A stretch of 63,134 nucleotides of DNA, filler included, from Octopus bimaculoides (Eukaryota), in the NCBI RefSeq assembly GCF_001194135.2. It is 4 parts of 4 records of this genome, joined end to end, with 100 filler letters (N's around TTAATTAATTAA, not from the genome) between each part and the next. Parts side by side here need not be neighbours in the genome. Positions count along the whole stretch, not along the records: positions 43,301 to 60,177 come from NC_068985.1; positions 60,278 to 63,134 come from NC_068987.1; 2 more parts are not named here. One strand, written 5' to 3'. The notes under the pieces were generated by a model. The model saw only the letters and a list, made by a program, of their open reading frames with translations. It did no database searches and was not told the DNA's origin. Of the stretch, positions 52,141-63,134 are shown piece by piece. Numbering within the stretch: the stretch's first letter is position 1; each line of letters begins with the position of its first letter. The translations under genes were made by a program, and so were the position numbers.

Positions 52141-52920
52141 NNNNNNNNNNNNNNNNNNNNNNNNNNNNNNNNNNNNNNNNNNNNNNNNNNNNNNNNNNNN
52201 NNNNNNNNNNNNNNNNNNNNNNNNNNNNNNNNNNNNNNNNNNNNNNNNNNNNNNNNNNNNNNNNNNNNNNNNNNNNNNNNNNNNNNNNNNNNNNNNNNNN
52301 NNNNNNNNNNNNNNNNNNNNNNNNNNNNNNNNNNNNNNNNNNNNNNNNNNNNNNNNNNNNNNNNNNNNNNNNNNNNNNNNNNNNNNNNNNNNNNNNNNNN
52401 NNNNNNNNNNNNNNNNNNNNNNNNNNNNNNNNNNNNNNNNNNNNNNNNNNNNNNNNNNNNNNNNNNNNNNNNNNNNNNNNNNNNNNNNNNNNNNNNNNNN
52501 NNNNNNNNNNNNNNNNNNNNNNNNNNNNNNNNNNNNNNNNNNNNNNNNNNNNNNNNNNNNNNNNNNNNNNNNNNNNNNNNNNNNNNNNNNNNNNNNNNNN
52601 NNNNNNNNNNNNNNNNNNNNNNNNNNNNNNNNNNNNNNNNNNNNNNNNNNNNNNNNNNNNNNNNNNNNNNNNNNNNNNNNNNNNNNNNNNNNNNNNNNNN
52701 NNNNNNNNNNNNNNNNNNNNNNNNNNNNNNNNNNNNNNNNNNNNNNNNNNNNNNNNNNNNNNNNNNNNNNNNNNNNNNNNNNNGTGTGTGTGCTTGTGTG
52801 TGGGTGTGCTTGTGTGTGTGTGTGTGTGTCTGTTTGTGTGTATGCGTGTGTGCATGTATGTACATACGGTTTCCAACAAAGATACAAGGCTCCATCTTTG
52901 GGATTAATTGACAAACAAAT

Positions 52921-53345
52921 TCACATTTGAAACTTGAGAAAAGTCTTGCATATCTTTACTGTTCCACTCACAGATTGCACTTGCAATTTACGAATTAACC
53001 GGTCAGTTTCTCTTTCTGAAAATCCCAGTTTATCCAGATTCTCCTTTAAGCCTTTACTAACAAAACCTGGTGCTCTAATTATTATTGGTATGAATATGAA
53101 TTCATAGTCTGGATATAGAAGTTGGACATTTCGAAGCAGTTATCCATAGATATCCTCTTTTTCTTTAATTTTCAAAGAGATATTTATATCTACAGGGCAG
53201 CTGACCTCTATGATGGTACATACTTTTTCTCCTTTGTCCCAAACAACAATATCCGGCCTGTTATGTTTACATTTCACAGAAGTTTTGAGAGGAATATTCC
53301 ACCAGTATTCCTTGAGTTGGTGTTTAAAAATGTATACCATAACAG
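52921..53345 (-). mobile_element. R4/Dong-like retrotransposon RLE domain and C-terminus
   Basis: EYWWNIPLKTSVKCKHNRPDIVVWDKGEKVCTIIEVSCPVDINISLKIKEKEDIYG*LLRNVQLLYPDYEFIFIPIII...GTVKICKTFLKFQM*: a PD-(D/E)xK motif with a single in-frame stop. Confidence 0.85.
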
Positions 53346-53539
53346 AGAAATGTATGCATGTATGTATGTATGTCTTATGTATGTATGTATACATGTATGC
53401 ATGTATGTATCTATGCATGTATGTATGTATTTTCTCATTCTTTTTCAATTTAGAGCAAATTTTGACCGGCCTCCTACTTTGTACCAAGGTTGTGAAGGAA
53501 ACCATCTTGTTTCAACCATCACCCTATAAATCTTAAGTA

Positions 53540-53779
53540 GGTCATGAAGAGGTTTATGGCCCCACAGAAGAATTTGCGTTCTCTCCCTATGAACCTAAGT
53601 TCAACCATACTTTACACCAGACGAGTTGGAACATACCTTGTTGCTCCAATAATAGCAGGTATGAAATAGAAAATGCATCTTCGCTACCGGATTTGCAAAC
53701 TTGTTAACAAAGGTCCATCGATCTCCTCTTTGTCTTGTATTTTTCTAACCACATTGGTCTCCAGAGGACAGCTGATTTC
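53540..53779 (-). mobile_element. Second, more diverged R4/Dong-like RLE fragment
   Basis: EISCPLETNVVRKIQDKEEIDGPLLTSLQIR*...FYFIPAIIGATRYVP. Confidence 0.75.
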
Positions 53780-53880
53780 TACAACTGAATATATCTTTTT
53801 TTTTATTGTGGTCCTACACAACATCTGGCCAGTTGTGTTTTAACCTTGTGGCTATCTTAATTATATGTATGTATGTATGT

Positions 53881-53990
53881 CATTATTCAGTATTATTTCA
53901 AGATTTCTTTCCAATACAGAAAGAGCCGGTTTCTAACCCAGATCCAAAGATCCTTCATTGGACTTTCAACATCAACAACAGGGTATTTTT
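53881..53990. repeat. ~110-bp repeat embedded in (TATG)n, copy 2
   Basis: Homologous to 43010-43121. Confidence 0.85.
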
Positions 53991-54727
53991 GTATGTAAGT
54001 TTGTATGTATACGTGCAGATTTGTTTTATTTGTGTATGTATGTATGTATGTATGTATGTACGTACGTATGTATGTGTTCGTCTTGCCGATATGACAAATT
54101 AGTATAGAGGTTAAAAGTTGACAAAAGACAAGCAATAGTTTTATTAAGACAACATCTATTGGAGAGAGCTCCGAATATATTTAACCTTATAACTCCTAAA
54201 TTATCAATAAGCAAGAAAAATTATTGTCTTTCTCAGTTTTACGTAAGCGTAAAAGACCAATGGAAAAAATTAAATCGTGTTATGTGTTCGCGCGTGTGTG
54301 TGTGTGCATTAAAATGTCGATAATGCAGCAACAACTGCCAGATAATATAATTGTTTGCATGCAATAAAATGTTGCTGAAACGTAAAGAATCCTTAGAAAG
54401 CGTCCAAGCTTTCGCTATTGTTGTTTCCTTCCCAGAAGAGCGTCGTATTTATAGCATCGAGAATTATCAACAACAGACACTGTNNNNNNNNNNNNNNNNN
54501 NNNNNNNNNNNNNNNNNNNNNNNNNNNNNNNNNNNNNNNNNNNNNNNNNNNNNNNNNNNNNNNNNNNNNNNNNNNNNNNNNNNNNNNNNNNNNNNNNNNN
54601 NNNNNNNNNNNNNNNNNNNNNNNNNNNNNNNNNNNNNNNNNNNNNNNNNNNNNNNNNNNNNNNNNNNNNNNNNNNNNNNNNNNNNNNNNNNNNNNNNNNN
54701 NNNNNNNNNNNNNNNNNNNNNNNNNNN

Positions 54728-54772
<45 letters not shown>

Positions 54773-55387
54773 TACACACACACCAATATATATATGCACA
54801 CATACACATAGACACACACACACATACACACACACACCAATATATATATATGCACACATACAGATAGACGCACACACATACACACGCACATACACACACA
54901 CATACATACACACACACATACACACACACATACACACACACATACACATACGAAAGAGATAGACGCACCTACATACGCCCACTCACTCAATCATTCACCC
55001 ACAATAATTGTATTAAAACTTAAAATACATAATTCTATTCGTTTCTCTTTTTTTTTTTCGTTTATTTTTTTTTTTTTCTGGTTTTCGTTTTTGTCTGCCG
55101 TAAATTTAACAATGGTTGCCTATATTTAGAGCATTCAGTTGACTCGGAAGATTTTTCAGATAACGTTCGAGGAAAACACAGTAGACGGCTTGTCATTTAT
55201 TCATCACTAGAGAATTTTAAACGGATCAGCTTCGATATTCATATATACATACATACATGCATGCATACATACATGCATGCATACATACATACATACATAC
55301 ATACATACATACATACATACATACATACATACATANNNNNNNNNNNNNNNNNNNNNNNNNNNNNNNNNNNNNNNNNNNNNNNNTGTG

Positions 55388-55421
<34 letters not shown>

Positions 55422-56104
55422 TGTATATATATATATATGTATGTATATATATATGCATATATATATATGTATATATATCTATATATGTATATATATATAA
55501 TATACACTCACACACACACACACACGCACGTACATAACTGATGGTAAAGGTGCATGCGACTTGAAACAGAAAATTGGTTTACAAAGTAACGGAAGAACTG
55601 CATATACATAGTATACATGTATGTATAGTATACATGTCTGTCTGTATACTTTGTGTATGTATAAATGTATATATGTGCTCATGTGCAAATATGTATATGT
55701 GTGTATGTGCATGTACGCATGTGTGTGTGTGTATTTATGCATTCAAGTATGTTAGAGTTGCGTGTGAGTGCTATCGTGAAAAGGAAAAACATTTGATAAT
55801 GTAATTCTAGATACACAGTCTGAAGAAAAAAATAACAGGATTGTCACGACTAGATTGTCGTTCATCATAGATCTGCTATATCTGGGCTGACCTGAGATAG
55901 TCACTAACTAGGCCATCTTACAAAACCACACATATTGTATGTGATCTATATATTGTATATGTGTATATATGTTTGTGTGTGTATTTGCGTAAAACACATA
56001 CCTATATCCACACAGATATAGATTGGAAGATAGACAGATGATAGATAGAGAGATGGAGAGACAGACAGATGATAGATAGCTAGCTAGCTAGCTAGCTAGC
56101 TAGC

Positions 56105-56182
<78 letters not shown>

Positions 56183-56596
56183 TGTCTGTATTTGTGTGTA
56201 TGTAAGTATTTAAGTACGTATGCATGTGTGTATGCATGTGTGTATGCATGTGTGTATCGAGCCTTTATTTTTTTTTCAGTTTTTCGATTCTTCATACAAA
56301 TAAAGAAGTGATCTCTTAATAGAAAAAAGAAAAGAAGCAGCGAACAAGAATTTTGGTTACAACAGTGATGAAGTATTTACATGTCGAACTTCCGAAAAAT
56401 GCTGCAAAATTTCTTATCTTGCAGATTGTATTTTCAAAAGTACGTGTTATCTGGTCATTTCCTTTACCTGGAAACCTCAGGGTTTTGGAGATTAATATTT
56501 AGACATTTAGTAACAGAGCCAAATACATAAGTAATTCGAGGTACAAATGTAAATTTGGAATCGTGATATAGAACTTATAACTTTCGACATAGTTAT

Positions 56597-56776
56597 TCTT
56601 TTCATTCTTTTACTTGTTTCAGTCATTTGACTGCGACCCCGAGATTTATTCTTTTTAAGCTTAGTACTTATTCTATCGTTCTCTTTTGCCGAACTGCCAG
56701 TTGACGGGGACGTAGACACTCCAGCATTGGTTATCAAGCGATGTTGGTGGGGACAAACACAGATACCAACAACAAA

Positions 56777-56844
<68 letters not shown>

Positions 56845-57009
56845 CGACGGACTTTTTTCAGTTTCCGTCTACCAAATCCACTCACAAAGCTTTGGTCGGC
56901 CCGAGGCTATAGTAGAAGGCTCTTGCTAAAGGTGCCACACAGTGAGACTGAACCCGGAACCATGTGGTTGGGAAGCAAGCTTCTTATCACACAGTCACTC
57001 CTGTGCCTA
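56597..57009 (-). mobile_element. Full-length SINE A
   Basis: Reverse-complement head taggcacaggagtgactgtg, internal (CA)n/(TA)n, tail present. Confidence 0.9.
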
Positions 57010-57190
57010 AAGTTGTCTATATTCTCCTTCTGGCTGATTTTCAATTTTCATACGCAGGGCAGTTGGCCTCATCCAAGTATTCCTTTTCTTTCCCAACCAA
57101 CTACACCAGACCTATTATGATTGCATCTGACAGACGTTCTGATGAGACTATTCCACCAATATTCTCTCATATTGAAATCTTTGCATGCGT
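57010..57190 (-). mobile_element. Fourth R4/Dong-like RLE fragment
   Basis: REYWWNSLIRTSVRCNHNRSGVVGWER, then EANCPAYEN after a frameshift. Confidence 0.7.
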
Positions 57191-57224
57191 CCAACTTCAG
57201 AAAGATTTGCTTATAGTTAATTCT

Positions 57225-57453
57225 TTATTGCCCACAGCGGGGGAGGGGTCTAAACATAGAGAGGACAAATAAGGACAGACAAAGGGATTAAGTCAATTAC
57301 ATCGACCCCAGTACTCTCCTGGTACTTATTTCATAGACCCCGAAGGGATAAAAGGCAAAGTCGACCTCGGTGGAATTTGAACTCAGAACGTAACGGCAGA
57401 CGAAATACCGCTAAGCATTCCGCCCGGCGTGCTAATGATTCTGCCACCTCGCC
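57225..57453 (-). mobile_element. SINE B (alternative tail)
   Basis: Well-conserved head and centre; different 3' tail (ggggaggggtctaaacatagagagg). Confidence 0.85.
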
Positions 57454-58142
57454 ACTCTGATTTGTTTATAATTATTGCTATTCGTTCGGGGTTTTTTTGT
57501 GTTTTTTTTGTGTCACTTGATTCTTCTACTCTGCACTCCATCGTCAGATGCTATAAAAGAGGTAAAATTTATTCATGTTTCACAAATGATAAATAAAAGT
57601 TGCAGAGGAAAGCTAGATCAACGAAAAACGAACATAAAATACAACCATAAAAATATTTTCGTGTTAATTCANNNNNNNNNNNNNNNNNNNNNNNNNNNNN
57701 NNNNNNNNNNNNNNNNNNNNNNNNNNNNNNNNNNNNNNNNNNNNNNNNNNNNNNNNNNNNNNNNNNNNNNNNNNNNNNNNNNNNNNNNNNNNNNNNNNNN
57801 NNNNNNNNNNNNNNNNNNNNNNNNNNNNNNNNNNNNNNNNNNNNNNNNNNNNNNNNNNNNNNNNNNNNNNNNNNNNNNNNNNNNNNNNNNNNNNNNNNNN
57901 NNNNNNNNNNNNNNNNNNNNNNNNNNNNNNNNNNNNNNNNNNNNNNNNNNNNNNNNNNNNNNNNNNNNNNNNNNNNNNNNNNNNNNNNNNNNNNNNNNNN
58001 NNNNNNNNNNNNNNNNNNNNNNNNNNNNNNNNNNNNNNNNNNNNNNNNNNNNNNNNNNNNNNNNNNNNNNNNNNNNNNNNNNNNNNNNNNNNNNNNNNNN
58101 NNNNNNNNNNNNNNNNNNNNNNNNNNNNNNNNNNNNNNNNNN

Positions 58143-58211
<69 letters not shown>

Positions 58212-58224
58212 ACGACCAGCTTCT

Positions 58225-58392
58225 TTCATGTGGTTGGGAAGCAAGTTTCTTACCACGACGGGCTTCTTTCAGTTTCCGTCTACTAAATCCACTCACAAGT
58301 CTTTGGTCGGCTCGTGGCTATAGCAGAAGACACTTGCCCAAGATGCCACGCTGTGGGACTGAACTCGAATTACGTAACTGGGAAACAAACTT
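58225..58392 (-). mobile_element. SINE A, 5' half
   Basis: gggcttctttcagtttccgtctactaaatccactcacaag...cacttgcccaagatgccacgc. Confidence 0.8.
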
Positions 58393-59411
58393 CTTACCAC
58401 AGAGTCACGCGTTGCTCCTATTTAAAAATGAATATAAATATACCCTGGCTTTGCTTTCTGCCTTCCTTTCGTTAATTACTTCATTAATTATTAATTAGTC
58501 TCTCATTTCTTTCTCTAAATTCATTCCCTGTAAATTCTTCCAGCGCATCATGTATGATCTGCCAGAATATTTAATATTTGCTATCGCACGTGCAAAGTGC
58601 ATTTGTTTGTCTATCGGGGTTTTCGATATTTAACTATTACAATTGTACGAATTATAACAACGCCAGGAATGTTAAAATATTTATTAAATAAATATTTATA
58701 GATCAGTAACAATACAAAATATTTTTGTTTACTTAATCATCGATGCTTGCTTAACTTCATGAAACTTTTAAAAAAATTACTCCTTGCAATGCCTTTTCTT
58801 TCCATAACCAGCATAAACTCGTATTTTTCTTCCAATAAATAATCATTAAATATTTATATAACTTATGTCTGACTTATTTAATTATGAAACACAACCTTTA
58901 GCTTTTTCTCACTCTTATCTACGAACAGAATTGGTTAATTTAAATTTCAAATTAAATTTTATTGTTTTAACTTGCCGAATATATAAACAAACGTAGATAA
59001 CAGCTATTGATCTTTGATTTCTCTCCTCTCACTGCTTCTCTCTTTCTCTAAACACTCCTTCCTCCTTCCCTTTACAATCACTTGCTCACAGCGTCATCCT
59101 AATTAGAGACTTCTCCTCCTCGAAAGATTTATCTATGTCACATCTCCCACCACCTCAAAAGTCTCGTCTACCTTTCTGCTTAATTCGTTCTTTCTCATCA
59201 ATTATTCTGTCTGTCTTCCATTCTATTTTCTTTAACAATCGAAACGGTTAAGATTATATCTTCCCAGTGATATTTCTGACGAGTTATTTCTTGTGCTGAA
59301 ACACGTTATAGAATGATTGGCTCAGTGTAATGACATACTAAAATTACAGTAATGTAAGACCGTAGGACCGTTATAACTGTCTCTCTTTCAAAAGTCCAAA
59401 ACTTCGGGAAT

Positions 59412-59620
59412 CTTTTCTACTTTAGGCACAAGGCCCGAAATTTGGCCGGGGTGCAGTCGATTAGATCGACTCTAGTGCGCAACTGATACTTAATTTGTCG
59501 ACCTAAAGGATAAAAGGCAATGTCGACCCCGGTGGAATTTGAACTGAGAACGTAAAAAGAGACGAATTACCGCTAAGCATTTCACCGGCGTGCTAACGTT
59601 TCTGCCAGCTCGACGCCTTC
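59412..59620 (-). mobile_element. SINE B with a 16-bp TSD
   Basis: TSD ccaaaacttcgggaat at 59396-59411 and 59621-59636. Confidence 0.9.
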
Positions 59621-59657
59621 CCAAAACTTCGGGAATGCAGCTCCAATGAGTGTGTGG

Positions 59658-59695
<38 letters not shown>

Positions 59696-59819
59696 GTGTG
59701 TGTGTGTGTACATATATATTCTTTTATTCTTCATTGTTTTTTACTGATGAAGATCCGTTGCCTTAATTCGAATGCTCTATGAAGATGAAGAACTTTATTT
59801 TCGCATTTATTTATAGACT

Positions 59820-60175
59820 GCATTTAGGCAATCCGATCGGTAACGGCCATAAGATATGTCTTTCTTTTGCTGGGCTCAAATCTCATTTGCGGACCCATGA
59901 AAAATTAACCTCCACCAACTATTCTGCCTATATGTCTGTGCCTACCTTTCAATGCAACGTATGCCATAAGGTCTACAAATCTAACGGAGGCCTCAAAAGA
60001 CATCTTAAGATACACAAAGATCAGAACTTAACTGCAGCTCTTGGTGGTCCAGATCGGATATGCAATCTGTGCGGCTGTCTTTTCAATACATTGTCTGGTT
60101 TAAAAAGCCACTTCAAACACCGTGATGGATTTAAGGTGTAGGTACAGGTGGTGGTCAAACTCTGCATAAGGAGTA
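59820..60175 (+). mobile_element. Probable RTE LINE 3' end encoding three C2H2 zinc fingers
   Basis: KICLSFAGLKSHLRTH, FQCNVCHKVYKSNGGLKRHLKIH, ICNLCGCLFNTLSGLKSHFKH; long non-TGEKP linkers; first finger truncated. Confidence 0.6.
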
Positions 60176-60177
60176 GA

Positions 60178-60277
60178 NNNNNNNNNNNNNNNNNNNNNNN
60201 NNNNNNNNNNNNNNNNNNNNNTTAATTAATTAANNNNNNNNNNNNNNNNNNNNNNNNNNNNNNNNNNNNNNNNNNNN
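60178..60277. other. Artificial 100-bp assembly spacer
   Basis: 44 N + ttaattaattaa + 44 N. Confidence 0.9.
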
Positions 60278-61307
60278 TATATATATATATATATATCAAT
60301 ATTAGTATGTATATATAAATATATGTATATCAATAAATACGCTAGCTTTTTGTTTTTGTATATACCTGATGAGTATGTCACACTTACTTCAAAGAAGTGG
60401 CAAAGCAAGAGAGAGGAGGACAGAGAGGAAGTAAGAGAGAGAGAGAGAGTGTATGAGAGAGAAAGTGAGAGAGTGAGAGAGAAAGAGAGAGAGAGTAAAA
60501 GAGACAATGTGTGGTGACAGCATTCGTTTTGTGTTTTTAAATGTTTTATATGATCGTGGCATTCGATCATATAATATATAAATATATGCATAAATACATA
60601 CACATATGTACATACCTATATATACATATATGTATATATACATGCATATATGGATACAGGACATAAAAAAAAACGTAGACAAAATGAGAAACAAGAACAT
60701 AAAAAACAATAAAATAGAAAATGAACATTTTTTCGAACATTGAAAGAAACAAACAAACAGAGAAACGAGACAGGTAACATAAAGAACATTCCCTTTATCA
60801 GTTGTGCCCTGTTTTATCTACTCCGTGCTTCGAAGGTAGGGACATGACAGAACTTTGTTGAAACAGTCCTTCCCGCAAAGCAAATTAAATGAAATTTGGG
60901 ATTTTTTGCAGAGGATGAAAATGGTAACAAAAACAGGTCAGTGAGAACAAAACAGTAGAAACAAATGGTGAGGGCTGTTAAGCCAAGATGATGTGAAGTG
61001 GTGAACGCTGGAAAAATGAGCTTTGAGAAGAGACAGGTAAAAGCACGTCTTGTCTTTAGGAAGGAAGTGGAAGAAAGAAAGCTGGATAGCCGTTGGTCAA
61101 GTGTGAGAAACGAGAGAGTCAAGGAGGAAGAGTGAGAGAGAGAGAGAGGGAACAGTGAAGGGGAGAGGTGAAGAATAGGGAAAGGGTGGGAGAGAAAAAC
61201 AGACAGGAAGAAGATCAAGAGAGGGAGAGAGAGAGATAGTAGAAGAGTGCACATCGTAATTATTAAGATAAAACTTACTTGGAAATGGATGCATGGCATT
61301 TGATCAT

Positions 61308-61545
61308 ATAATAATATAATAATATATAAATATATACATAAACAAATACACAAATGTACATACCTACATATATATGCATACATACATGCATATATGGGTA
61401 CAGGACATCAAAAAAATTTGTTAACAAAATGAGACGTTTTTTTGATTTCCTATACCCATATATGCATGTATATAGACATATATATGTAGGTATGTACATG
61501 TGTATGTATATATGCATATATTTATATATTATTATATTATATATA
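61308..61545. repeat. Fold-back of two family F copies (~110-bp arms, 20-nt loop)
   Basis: 61308-61416 is the near reverse complement of 61437-61545. Confidence 0.8.
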
Positions 61546-61559
61546 TATATTCTTTCATT

Positions 61560-61750
61560 CTTTTTCTTGTTTCAGTCATTTGACTGCAGCCATGCTGGAG
61601 CACCGCTTTTTTAGTTGAACAAATCGACCCCAGGATGTATTCTTTGTAAGCCTAGTACTTATTCCATCGGTCTGCTAAGTTACGGGGACATAAACACACC
61701 AACATTGATTGTCAAGTGATGGTGGGGGAACAAACACAGTCACACAAACA
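61560..61750 (-). mobile_element. SINE A, 3' half
   Basis: cagtcatttgactgcagccatgctggagcaccgc...ttacggggacataaacacaccaac. Confidence 0.85.
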
Positions 61751-61761
61751 TATGCACAAAC

Positions 61762-61805
<44 letters not shown>

Positions 61806-62658
61806 TTATTATATGTATTTATTTTCTCCTAATTAATAAATAACTCGGACAAAATAAATTGGTTAATTGATACCAGGGTAGCAAAGATCACAAAATAACT
61901 GTGGTGTAACTCCTGTTTATGAGGTTGAAAACTCCTTGATAATTTGGGTACTTGAGTATATATAAATTTAATGAATGGAGTAAAACACATATTTTAACTG
62001 CATACTTTTATTTCCAACATATGTTTCAAAGCATTACAATTTATACGATCCATAGGAATCGGCAATGTTAAAAATGTAAACTTCTCTTCAGGGAAATGCA
62101 TGGGAACCAGCTTAAACATAAGACATTATAACCGAATATGAGAACTATAGTTGGAGAAGGTTATAACGTAATTTATTTGAAAAAACCGTTGGAGATTAGA
62201 ATGCTACCAGATAGTACGTTGGACAAGAAGGGAAGAAAAGAAGAAAAGAAAAGAAAAAAGAAATATATATNNNNNNNNNNNNNNNNNNNNNNNNNNNNNN
62301 NNNNNNNNNNNNNNNNNNNNNNNNNNNNNNNNNNNNNNNNNNNNNNNNNNNNNNNNNNNNNNNNNNNNNNNNNNNNNNNNNNNNNNNNNNNNNNNNNNNN
62401 NNNNNNNNNNNNNNNNNNNNNNNNNNNNNNNNNNNNNNNNNNNNNNNNNNNNNNNNNNNNNNNNNNNNNNNNNNNNNNNNNNNNNNNNNNNNNNNNNNNN
62501 NNNNNNNNNNNNNNNNNNNNNNNNNNNNNNNNNNNNNNNNNNNNNNNNNNNNNNNNNNNNNNNNNNNNNNNNNNNNNNNNNNNNNNNNNNNNNNNNNNNN
62601 NNNNNNNNNNNNNNNNNNNNNNNNNNNNNNNNNNNNNNNNNNNNNNNNNNNNNNNNNN

Positions 62659-62703
<45 letters not shown>

Positions 62704-62734
62704 CATAGATATATATGATGATATACATACATGA

Positions 62735-62880
62735 CAGGCTTCTTGCAGTTTCTATCTACCAAATCCATTCACAGGGCTTTGGTCAGCTCTCGTGGAAGAC
62801 ACTTGCCCAAAGTGCTACACAGTCAGACTGAACCCAGAACCTTGAGGTTTGTAAGCAAGCTACTTACCACACATCCGCTC
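62735..62880 (-). mobile_element. SINE A, 5' half
   Basis: aggcttcttgcagtttctatctaccaaatcc...gcaagctacttaccacac. Confidence 0.8.
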
Positions 62881-62957
62881 CTACATGTATATATGTATAC
62901 ATAGATGCATTCGTAGGCATACATACACACATTACACATTATATATGTGTATGTATA

Positions 62958-63005
<48 letters not shown>

Positions 63006-63084
63006 GATGCATACATATACAAGCACAAATATATATGTGTGTATATATATTTACACACACACATATATATACATATACGTACAC

Positions 63085-63134
<50 letters not shown>

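Overview
AT-rich, microsatellite-dense animal DNA with many N gaps. The repeat families point to an octopus genome (inference from recalled repeat sequences, no database search). I found no confident host protein-coding exon or structural RNA gene, so the window reads as intergenic or intronic. It holds at least five tRNA-headed SINE families (my labels A-E) and fragments of several non-LTR retrotransposon groups: RTE, CR1/L2-like, HERO-like and R4/Dong-like. It also has a mariner-type deletion derivative and Penelope-like (PLE) termini carrying minimal hammerhead ribozyme (HHR) motifs. Three 100-bp spacers (44 N + TTAATTAATTAA + 44 N) look like artificial scaffold joins. Best leads: (1) a fold-back element with a hammerhead in its loop (44414-44571); (2) a three-copy minimal hammerhead family with a non-canonical CUGUNGAA core; (3) a CR1-like LINE 3' end sharing its tail with SINE A; (4) restriction-like-endonuclease retroelements and a short repeat tied to (TATG)n tracts. 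All protein assignments come from manual translation and motif recall.
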